DNA of 64,000 nucleotides from Planctomycetota bacterium (lineage in GTDB: Bacteria > Planctomycetota > SZUA-567 > H5-PLA8), in NCBI GenBank assembly GCA_035308565.1, contig DATGGK010000038.1:19023-83022 (forward strand), written 5' to 3'. The notes below the pieces were generated by a model. That model saw only the letters and a list, made by a program, of their open reading frames with translations, made no database searches and was not told the DNA's origin. Shown here one piece after another: positions 1 to 7,839 of this stretch (the first letter of the stretch is position 1; every line of letters starts with the position of its first letter). The translations under genes and the position numbers were made by a program.

Positions 1-2619
1 TCCCAGCGGTCGCTCCTTGAAGAAGAATTCCTTCTTCCAACCCGGCAGCGACTCATCCAATTCAGCGACGCCTTCGAGTTCCGGTTTCCACGTCCAGCGC
101 GAGAAAACCGAGAAGTCCTTCTCGGGCGTGTTGACGATCTTCACCTTCGTACCATCAAAGCGCGGCGGCAGCACCGGCATCTTCACCGAGACTGGCTGCG
201 GATTCGGATTGACCGGCGCAACGTCGGTCCCGTTGTTGTTGGCCAGGATCGGCGCCGTCGCGTTGGGCCGCGTGGTGTTTTTCTTCTTTGAAATTCCAAC
301 CATCGCCAGATAGGGATCGAGCAGCGTTGTGAAATAGCCCACGGCCACCAGCGCCGCCGCCGTGCCGGTCGCGAACACGAACAGCTTGCGGAAAATCGAT
401 CCTTTATTCTGCGCGGAAGGAATCGCCGCCGCGCCGCCTTCGCCGTCCACGGCTTCGAGTTTCGCCGCGTCTTGAATCGGCGTCGAACCCATCAGCGTCA
501 AACAGCCGTTGCACGTGGCCTTGCCTTCGTGCATCGAAATTTCGTCTTCGTCAAAGAAGCGCAGGCACCATTCGCATTGAATATGCTGGCTCAATCCTTT
601 TCCGGTTTCCGAAACGCCGTGCGCCAGGAACCACGCGCGCAAGCGCTCCGCGCGCGGCCCTTCGGGATGCTCTTCCACATAGCGCCGGTACGACTTCAGC
701 GCCTTCGGGCTGTCGCCGCCTTTTTCGGCGCACTGCCCCAGGAAATAAAGCGCTTCCGCGGATTGCGGCTTCAAATCCAGCGCGCGCGAAAACGCATCCG
801 CCGCCCGCTCGAAATCCCCCAGCCGCATGTGCGCGCGGCCCAGCAAAATGTACGTGCGCACGTGGTCCGGATCTTCGACCAGAATTCGCTCGCAATCCTC
901 AACCGTTTGCCCGCCCGCGCACGTTTTGAATTTCTCCAGCGCCGACTGATACGCTTCGTCGGTCGGCGTCGCAATCGGTTCGGTGTCTTCATAGCCGTCA
1001 TCTTCGAACGACGGCGAGCCGTCCGCTTCAGCGACGCCTTTGACGTGCATGATCCACTGCCGCATCTTCGCGCCGTCCAGCGCGTCGGGCATCAGCCGCA
1101 GGAACGTTTCGTATACTTCCGCCGCTTCCACGTTGCGGTCCATTGCGCGCAGCGTAAAGCCCAGCACGTAATAGGGCGAAGGGTCCATCGGCGCCAACTG
1201 GATCGCCTTGTCCAGATGCTCGATTCCTTCCTTTAACTTCTCCTGCCGCACGTACGTCTTGCCCAAAGACGTGTGCGCCTCCGAGCATTCCGGGTCGCTC
1301 TCCAGCGCCTGTTGCGCGAGGTTCAGCGCCTCGTCGAGACTGCCCGCAGCGAATTGATCCAGACTCTGCTCCACCAGATTGATCGCGCGGTTCTTGTCTT
1401 CCGGTGTCGCTTCCTGCCCCGGCTTGCGAAAAACGCCCGTCGCCAGCGCCGGCACCTGCTGCGTGCGCAGCACCTTCGACACTTGCGTGCCCGTGTGCAG
1501 TCCCTGCGCCGCCGCGGCGGGAGCGCCGCCCTGCTCGTATTCGCCGATTGCGTTCATCGGCGCGGCCATCGCAGTGTTTCCCGCCGCCGCTTCCCATGCC
1601 GCCATCTTTTTGATTTTCGGTGCTTCCGCCGATTTCTTTTTCTTCGCTTCCGGCGCGCGTTCCGGCATTTCCAGCGCCGGGGCGGACGTCAATCCATTCT
1701 CGCTAAGAACTGTATTGATCCAATCGCTGATCCGCTCCGCTTCTTCGACTTCCGGCTCCAAATCCAGAAAGCGCCGGTATGCCGCGGCCGCTTGAAGATT
1801 GCTTCCCTGCCGGCGCAGCACGAATCCCAGATTGTTGTACGCTTCGCCATACGTCGCATCGCGGAAGATCGATTCGTACAGCGAAGCCATTGCTTCGTCG
1901 TAGCGTTCCAGATCGATCAGCACCATCGCCTTGTTGTTGTGCGCCATCGCGAAAGTCGGATCGGCGTTGATCGCTTCCTGATACACTTCCAGCGCCTGAT
2001 CGAATTCGCCGCGATCGAAATGATCCAGCCCGCGCTGCAAAAGCTGCTCAGCGTTCGCGCGCGAGGCTTGAGCCGCGGCCGGATCCGTTTCGTTTTGCGC
2101 CGCTGCGTGTTCTTGCTCCTGCTGCTCCTGCTCCTGTTGCTCCGCATTTTGTTCCTGCTGCTCGGCAAGCTTCTCGTCAAAATCCTCCTGTGTGGGCCGG
2201 CCCGTGTGCGTTTCAAGCGACGGCGTCTTCGGCGCGGTCTGCGTGAACATGCTCGCATTGGGCATGCTCGGTGCCGCGACCGGGCGCACCATTGCACTCA
2301 TCGCTGGAATCGCCCCTTGGCTGCGGATCGCCGACATCTTCGGCATCTGCTGCGACTTCAACATCACCGATTTTGTTTTGGAGCCGGGCACTTTCAATTT
2401 GCCCGAAATCAACGATGGCGCGCGCACGCTGCCCGGCGGCGGCGGCGCGATGTTTCCGGGAATTGCGGCCAATGACGCTTTAGGCTGAAACAGCGCCGAT
2501 TGCCCTTGTGCAGGAACCGGCTGCGGTAAATTCGGAGCGGCTGACGGAGCCGGCGCTGCCCCTGTCGCGCCATTTTTGCGCAACAAAAAGCTCGCTTGCG
2601 GTTTTGCATTATCGCCCAT
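1..2619 (-). CDS. TPR-repeat membrane protein with CxxC...CxxC zinc ribbon; 3' end runs off the left window edge; absent from the supplied ORF track
   Basis: My own reverse-complement translation. ATG at 2619 (GAGGA about 10 nt upstream) opens a stop-free frame down to position 1 (873 codons), starting MGDNAKPQASFLLRK. It contains a Q/E-rich linker and TPR-like helices (GEFDQALEVYQEAINADPTFAMAHNNKAMVL; GSLDEALNLAQQALESDPECSEAHTSLGKTY; GDFERAADAFSRALDLKPQSAEALYFLGQC). It also has a zinc ribbon CEWCLRFFDEDEISMHEGKATCNGC (~500-585) and one TM helix IFRKLFVFATGTAAALVAVGYF (~330-400). The listed plus-strand ORFs here are Arg-rich shadow frames. Confidence 0.75.
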   Translation of the reverse strand, partial: MGDNAKPQASFLLRKNGATGAAPAPSAAPNLPQPVPAQGQSALFQPKASLAAIPGNIAPPPPGSVRAPSLISGKLKVPGSKTKSVMLKSQQMPKMSAIRSQGAIPAMSAMVRPVAAPSMPNASMFTQTAPKTPSLETHTGRPTQEDFDEKLAEQQEQNAEQQEQEQQEQEHAAAQNETDPAAAQASRANAEQLLQRGLDHFDRGEFDQALEVYQEAINADPTFAMAHNNKAMVLIDLERYDEAMASLYESIFRDATYGEAYNNLGFVLRRQGSNLQAAAAYRRFLDLEPEVEEAERISDWINTVLSENGLTSAPALEMPERAPEAKKKKSAEAPKIKKMAAWEAAAGNTAMAAPMNAIGEYEQGGAPAAAAQGLHTGTQVSKVLRTQQVPALATGVFRKPGQEATPEDKNRAINLVEQSLDQFAAGSLDEALNLAQQALESDPECSEAHTSLGKTYVRQEKLKEGIEHLDKAIQLAPMDPSPYYVLGFTLRAMDRNVEAAEVYETFLRLMPDALDGAKMRQWIMHVKGVAEADGSPSFEDDGYEDTEPIATPTDEAYQSALEKFKTCAGGQTVEDCERILVEDPDHVRTYILLGRAHMRLGDFERAADAFSRALDLKPQSAEALYFLGQCAEKGGDSPKALKSYRRYVEEHPEGPRAERLRAWFLAHGVSETGKGLSQHIQCEWCLRFFDEDEISMHEGKATCNGCLTLMGSTPIQDAAKLEAVDGEGGAAAIPSAQNKGSIFRKLFVFATGTAAALVAVGYFTTLLDPYLAMVGISKKKNTTRPNATAPILANNNGTDVAPVNPNPQPVSVKMPVLPPRFDGTKVKIVNTPEKDFSVFSRWTWKPELEGVAELDESLPGWKKEFFFKERPLG

Positions 2620-2732
2620 GGGCGTCTATCCTCACGGTCTGCGGTCACAATTTGGCCACAAATTGTCAGTTCACGTGGCACCAGCAGAAAGGGAGCAAAC
2701 CCAACGCCAAGCGGTATGCGGCGTGATATAAA

Positions 2733-3824
2733 TCAGATCATATCGACATTTATTGTGCGGCCCGTTTCTTCCTTCAGCCGTTTCACGAAGTCCTCTCTTT
2801 CAACGGACTTACCATACGCTTCTTCCGGAGCGACCTTGTCGCTCTTCACCAATTCCACAAGTGAATCGTTGAGCGATACCATGCCCAATTTGCGCCCAAT
2901 CGACATCTGTGACGGAATTTGGTAGGTCTTCCCATCGCGAATCAACGACGACATTGCACTTGTGATTACCAATACTTCTAAAGCCGCGATACGTCCGCCC
3001 GTCTTTTTCTTCAGCAAATTCTGTGATACGACGCCCTTCAGCGATGTGCTCAGCATCGTGCGAATCTGCTGCTGCCGATCCGACGGGAATTGATCGATCA
3101 GCCGGTCCACGGTGCTCGCCGCCGTCGTCGTGTGCAGCGTTCCAAACACAAGATGCCCCGTCTCCGCCGTTTCGATTGCGATTTCAATCGTCTCCAAATC
3201 GCGCATTTCACCGATCAGCACGATGTCCGGCGATTCGCGCAGCGCCGCGCGCAGCGCGCGCTTGAAACTGGTTGTGTGCGCGTGAACCTCGCGCTGGTTG
3301 ACCAGCGCCATTTTGTTGGGATGCACAAATTCGATCGGATCTTCGATGGTGATGATGTGGCATTTGCGCTGGCGGTTGATGTAATCGACCATCGCGCACA
3401 ACGTCGTCGATTTTCCCGATCCCGTCGGGCCGGTCACGACGATGAGCCCTTTCTGCAATTTGCAGAAATCGATGATCGACTTGGGCAGCCCCAAATCTTC
3501 AGTCGTGACGATCTTGGTCGGAATCAAGCGGAACACGCCGCCCATGCCCAGCCGGTTGCGAAAGACATTGCAGCGAAATCGGCCGCAACCTGCCAGTTCG
3601 TACGCAAAATCGGTATCGTTCGTCTCCTTGAATTCATCGCGGTTGCGCTGCGGCATGATTTCGCTCAAGACCATCTCGGCCTCTTCCGCCGACACCTCGC
3701 CGAATTCCTCCAATTGCGCGATGTCGCCCGAAATCTTGAAGCACGGTTTGACGCCCACCGAGATCATCAAATCCGACGCCCCGCGTTCCAGCATGAGTTG
3801 AAAGAGAATATCGATCTGAGCCAT
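2733..3824 (-). CDS. pilT: Type IV pilus twitching-motility ATPase PilT
   Basis: 363 aa. Walker A GPTGSGKSTT, Walker B/Asp box DIVLIGEMRD, PilT-type motifs HLVFGTLHTT and VSQNLL. ATG at 3824. Confidence 0.93.
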   Translation of the reverse strand: MAQIDILFQLMLERGASDLMISVGVKPCFKISGDIAQLEEFGEVSAEEAEMVLSEIMPQRNRDEFKETNDTDFAYELAGCGRFRCNVFRNRLGMGGVFRLIPTKIVTTEDLGLPKSIIDFCKLQKGLIVVTGPTGSGKSTTLCAMVDYINRQRKCHIITIEDPIEFVHPNKMALVNQREVHAHTTSFKRALRAALRESPDIVLIGEMRDLETIEIAIETAETGHLVFGTLHTTTAASTVDRLIDQFPSDRQQQIRTMLSTSLKGVVSQNLLKKKTGGRIAALEVLVITSAMSSLIRDGKTYQIPSQMSIGRKLGMVSLNDSLVELVKSDKVAPEEAYGKSVEREDFVKRLKEETGRTINVDMI

Positions 3825-4020
3825 GTCGCCGCACCGTTCCCGTAATTCACCCGCGCCGATGCGGCGCGTTCAAATTATCTTCGGCGATTTTGAAGCCATA
3901 GCCAACAAATTCGAGCAGCGCGCGGCGCTTTTGCGCTGCACATGCGCGTATAAATCTTCTCTCGCAAAGAGGCAAAGTCGCGGAGAATCCGGCGGTTCTC
4001 TCTGCGCCTTTGCTGAACGC

Positions 4021-4236
4021 TCACTTTTCGATTTTCGCATTCGCAATCAACAAATCCGGAATCCCATCATTGTCGATCGCATACACCCGCCCGCAATCCT
4101 TGCAGTGCAACCCCGTCGGCGCTTCCACAGGCCCGCGCAATTCCAATTCGCCAAGCGCAAGCGTGGATTTGCCCTTCACGGGCCGGGTGACACAATGCGG
4201 GCAGGCCAGGTCTTTCACGAACTCAGGGTCGAACAT
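4021..4236 (-). CDS. Trm112/UPF0434 family small zinc-ribbon protein
   Basis: MFDPEFVKDLACPHCV...LHCKDCGRVYAIDNDGIPDLL has two CxxC pairs and the DGIPxLL signature. I prefer ATG 4236 over the track's TTG at 4269. Confidence 0.75.
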   Translation of the reverse strand: MFDPEFVKDLACPHCVTRPVKGKSTLALGELELRGPVEAPTGLHCKDCGRVYAIDNDGIPDLLIANAKIEK

Positions 4237-4398
4237 TCTTAATTTCTCTTTTGCAGAGCAGTCACGCAAGCTCCGTCGACTCCGCGCAGTGTAACTTACA
4301 ATCCAGCAGCTGCTGGCCTCAAACGCCGGAAGGATAAGCGTTCCTTCGCTTTTTTTCCACAGCGCAACACGCGGCGTCAGATTATTCTAAGCGATCAC

Positions 4399-5487
4399 AT
4401 GCCCACCTCCCTCCACCTCTCCACAGCCCGCTCCTGGCGCGGCGGCGAGAATCAGATTCACTTGCTCGTTCGCGGCCTGCTCACGAGTTGCGAGCGCGCG
4501 GTGGTCGTTGCGCCGCCTGGATCGCCGCTGCTGGCGCGGTGTGTGCGCGACAAAATCGAGTCACACCCCATTCACGTGCGCGCGGAGTGGGATATTTATG
4601 GCGCGTGGAAACTCTCGCGGCTGCTGCGAAAAGTGCGGCCGGATATTCTGCATCTGCATGACGGACACGCCGTGTTGCCGGGGAAAATGGCCGCGCGCAT
4701 GGCGGGGCTGAAAAACTTGAAGCTCGTCGCGCACCGCCGCACGGTTTTTAAATTGAAGAGCAAAAAAAAGTACGGCGGGCGCATCGATCGCGTTATCGCT
4801 ATCAGCCGAGCGGTAAAGGATCAATTGGCCGCGGCAGGAATTCCTGACGAGAAAATTCGCGTCGTGTACAGCGGCGTCGAATTTCCGGCACTGTTGGCGG
4901 CGGATGCGCCAGAAGTGCGGGCGCTGCGCGAGAAGCACGCGATTCCCGAAGCTGCATTCGTGCTCGCGCACGCGGCGGCGCTTACGCGGGAGAAACGACA
5001 GCGGGATATGATCGCTGCCATAGCGCAAGCGTCAGGCACCAAAGAGCTTCATTTGATCATCGCAGGCAGTGGTGAATTGCGTTCAGAACTGGAAGCATTC
5101 GCCGACACGGTTGCGCCGAAGCGCGTTCATTTTCTCGATTTTCTGAACGATCTCCGTCCGCTCTGGTCCATGTCTTCGCTCGCGATTTACGCGAGCGAAG
5201 CCGAAGGCCTCTGCACCGCGCTCATCGAAGCGCAGGGCGCCGGCCTTCCCGCCATCGTGTCGCGCGCAGGCGGAATGGTTGAAGTGGTTGAAGATAATGA
5301 AACGGGTGTTATCTTTAATGTCGGCGATACAGATGCGTTGAGCCGTGCGATCCTCTCTCTGCATGACGATCCCGCGCGCCGGTTGCGCATGGGCGAGAAA
5401 GCCCGTGTGCGGGCGCGTGCCTTGTTTTCAGCGGAGGCGATGGTTGAAGGCGTGGCGGCAGTCTATCGTGAATTGACGGAAGAATAG
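4399..5487 (+). CDS. Glycosyltransferase, GT4 (group 1) family
   Basis: 362 aa. The C-terminal half carries the GT4 signature (YASEAEGLCTALIEAQGAGLPAIVSRAGGMVEVVEDNETGVIF). ATG start. Confidence 0.85.
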   Translation: MPTSLHLSTARSWRGGENQIHLLVRGLLTSCERAVVVAPPGSPLLARCVRDKIESHPIHVRAEWDIYGAWKLSRLLRKVRPDILHLHDGHAVLPGKMAARMAGLKNLKLVAHRRTVFKLKSKKKYGGRIDRVIAISRAVKDQLAAAGIPDEKIRVVYSGVEFPALLAADAPEVRALREKHAIPEAAFVLAHAAALTREKRQRDMIAAIAQASGTKELHLIIAGSGELRSELEAFADTVAPKRVHFLDFLNDLRPLWSMSSLAIYASEAEGLCTALIEAQGAGLPAIVSRAGGMVEVVEDNETGVIFNVGDTDALSRAILSLHDDPARRLRMGEKARVRARALFSAEAMVEGVAAVYRELTEE

Positions 5488-5555
5488 TGCTGGGTGGGGC
5501 AGGCATTCCTGCCCGGCAGACAAAGAATGTCCGCCCCACCGGAGGAATTTTCGAA

Positions 5556-6653
5556 GTGAGCGACGGCAGTCCACGCATTTTGATTGTTCGATTGTCTGCA
5601 TTTGGCGACTGCCTGCATACGATTCCTTCGTTGGTTGCGCTGCGGCGCAGATTCCCCTCCGCGCACATCGGCTGGGCCATCGAAAAAGCGTCTCACGCGG
5701 TGCTCGAAGGCCATCCGATGGTGGACAAGTTCCACATTTTTCCAAGGCACGCATTCAAACTCGGCAGCACAAAATTGATGGATTCGATGCGTGACTTGAG
5801 CGCGTTTCGGCGCGAATTGGCCGCGGAAAAATACGAAATCGCGATCGACTTTCAAGGACTGACCAAAAGCGGCCTGGTCTCGTGGTGGTCGCGCGCGCCG
5901 CGGCGCATTGGGTTCAAAGGCGAAGACAGCCGCGAATTCAACATGGTCTTCGCCAACGAGCGCATCCGCCCGCCGGAAGAAGCCGTGCACGTCGTCGAGC
6001 GAAATCTCGCGCTGCTCAAGCCGCTCAACATTGAGTTGCCCGAAAAACCCAACAAGCCAGAATGGGTCATGCCCAATTATTCAAAAGAAGTCGAGGAGAT
6101 GCGCCCATTCCTCAAGAACTGCGGCCTGCTGGACGCAGCGGGCAACGTGAAGAAATTCGGCATCGTCAATCCCGGCGCGACGTGGTTTACGAAGCGCTAT
6201 CCGCCGGAGAAATTCGGCGAAGTGGCAAAAGGAATGGTGGAGCGGCTTCAGTTTCCCGTGATCGTGACCTGGGCTGGCGACGAGGAACTCGCGTCAGCGC
6301 AGACGATCGTAGACATCGCCGGCGGCCCATGGAAGAACGCGTTCCTTGCGCCAAAGACGAATTTGCGCGAGCTTGCGGCGCTCACGCAACAGACCGTGCT
6401 TTTCGTTGGCAACGACACCGGGCCATTGCATTTGGCGGTCGCGCTGAATGTGCGCACGGTGGCGATTTTCGGCGCGACCGATCCGCTGCGCAACGGCGCG
6501 TACGGCAGCGGGCATCGCGTGCAGACCGGCGGCGTGGATTGCCATCCCTGCTGGAAAACGACCTGCGAGCGGCAGGACCGGGCCTGTTTGATCTGGGTGA
6601 AACCGGAGGACGTGCTGACGAGCTGCAAACATATTTTGGATCGGATGGATTGA
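5556..6653 (+). CDS. Glycosyltransferase family 9 (heptosyltransferase-like, LPS core)
   Basis: ILIVRLSAFGDCLHTIPSLVALRRRFP near the N-terminus and GNDTGPLHLAVAL near the C-terminus are GT9 hallmarks. GTG 5556 follows GGAGGA by 9 nt. The alternative GTG 5487 overlaps the upstream stop (TAGTG) and adds 23 non-conserved residues. Confidence 0.8.
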   Translation: MSDGSPRILIVRLSAFGDCLHTIPSLVALRRRFPSAHIGWAIEKASHAVLEGHPMVDKFHIFPRHAFKLGSTKLMDSMRDLSAFRRELAAEKYEIAIDFQGLTKSGLVSWWSRAPRRIGFKGEDSREFNMVFANERIRPPEEAVHVVERNLALLKPLNIELPEKPNKPEWVMPNYSKEVEEMRPFLKNCGLLDAAGNVKKFGIVNPGATWFTKRYPPEKFGEVAKGMVERLQFPVIVTWAGDEELASAQTIVDIAGGPWKNAFLAPKTNLRELAALTQQTVLFVGNDTGPLHLAVALNVRTVAIFGATDPLRNGAYGSGHRVQTGGVDCHPCWKTTCERQDRACLIWVKPEDVLTSCKHILDRMD

Positions 6654-6667
6654 CGGCGGGTTTCAGA

Positions 6668-7633
6668 TTATTTTTTCCGCGCCATCATCCACGCCAAAAT
6701 CCCCGGCGTCTTCGACACAAAAAAAGCCACTTGCGCGGCGGTCGCCAGATCCGCTCCGCCGCTCAGCCGCGCCACACGTTCGAACACAAACGCAAACGCC
6801 GCCTGCCCCACGCCGATCGCGCCGAACGAGGCGAACGAGCAGACGAAATTCGCGATCAGCAGCGCGGCGAGGAACAAGCTCGCATCAAAACCGCTTTCTC
6901 CGCGCATTCCCAAACCCGACGCGAGCACGTACCCCGACGCGCTGCTGAGCGTGTGAACCCCCAGCGACATCAGCCAGCCTTCCAGCAGAAAAATCGGTGC
7001 CCCGCGAAACGCCTGCATTGATGAATATGCGCGCTCAACAGTGTGACCAAACGGCAGCTTCTTCAGGATCCAACTCAGCGGTCCCCAATTGTGCAAGCGC
7101 CGCGAAAAAAGCATCAGCGAACCGATCACCAGCCCCGCGCACACCGCCAGCAATCCAATCAAATATGGCCGCAGTGCGCCCTCCGACCAGAGAGATCCGA
7201 AACGCCAAGCCACCGCCGCTAGCGTCAACGTCAGCAACCCAAGCAGTCCCAGCAGACGATCGACTACCAGCACGCTCACCGCTTCGGTGCGCCGCCCAAG
7301 CGGAATTTGCTGCGCCAGATACCACGCCTTGATCGCGTCTCCGCCCACCGACGTGATCGAGACCGCGTCGAAAAACGCGCCCAGAAATGTCAGCTTTACG
7401 ATTGTCCAGAAACTTGGCGCCGGCCCATGCGCTCGCAGCAGCCGCTGCGTGCGCCAGGCGCTGACGATCAACTGCGCCGTCAATAGCCCCAGCGTCCCAA
7501 GCACGATGGCCGGGCTCAAGCTCAATTGCTTCAGCCGGCCAAAATCAATCTTGCCGCTGGCCAGCACATAGCCCACCAGCCCCGCCGCGACGGCGAGCTT
7601 CAAAAACAGGATCAGCCAATTCTTGAGTTTCAA
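6668..7633 (-). CDS. Flippase-like / lysyl-PG-synthase-TM-domain (UPF0104) integral membrane protein
   Basis: 321 aa and polytopic. N-terminus KLKNWLILFLKLAVAAGLVGYVLASGKIDF and multiple hydrophobic helices. TTG start at 7633 is the only in-frame start nearby. Confidence 0.7.
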   Translation of the reverse strand: MKLKNWLILFLKLAVAAGLVGYVLASGKIDFGRLKQLSLSPAIVLGTLGLLTAQLIVSAWRTQRLLRAHGPAPSFWTIVKLTFLGAFFDAVSITSVGGDAIKAWYLAQQIPLGRRTEAVSVLVVDRLLGLLGLLTLTLAAVAWRFGSLWSEGALRPYLIGLLAVCAGLVIGSLMLFSRRLHNWGPLSWILKKLPFGHTVERAYSSMQAFRGAPIFLLEGWLMSLGVHTLSSASGYVLASGLGMRGESGFDASLFLAALLIANFVCSFASFGAIGVGQAAFAFVFERVARLSGGADLATAAQVAFFVSKTPGILAWMMARKK

Positions 7634-7744
7634 AATGTTCTGCGCGTTTGTGGGAATCCACGCGAGATTTTAGCAACAACGGCGATTCGCGCTATCGCAT
7701 TGCAATGCGCAATTGCCTAGCGAAGCGTCCCCGCCCTGAAACGC

Positions 7745-7832
7745 TTTCAAAACCTTGCGAAGCGCAGCCGTTCTCCCTCTCCCCTTGGAGAGAGGGTGAG
7801 GGGTAGGCGCGCTTACGATTCGGCTTTTGAAA
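7745..7832 (-). terminator. Long imperfect palindrome directly downstream of the giant gene (candidate terminator)
   Basis: Outer arms tttcaaaa (7745-7752) / ttttgaaa (7825-7832). Core ccctctc (7775-7781) / gagaggg (7790-7796). No clear U-tract. Confidence 0.4.
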
Positions 7833-7839
7833 CAGTTTT

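Noticed and set aside
472-2475. Plus-strand ORFs 472-1236 (254 aa) and 1273-2475 (400 aa)
   Set aside because: Arg-rich shadow frames. The minus strand encodes a continuous TPR/zinc-ribbon protein.
3856-3872. 7-bp GC hairpin cgcgccg-atg-cggcgcg between the Trm112-like gene and pilT as a terminator
   Set aside because: There is no U-tract on the transcribed (minus) strand. Short GC palindromes are expected by chance at this GC content.
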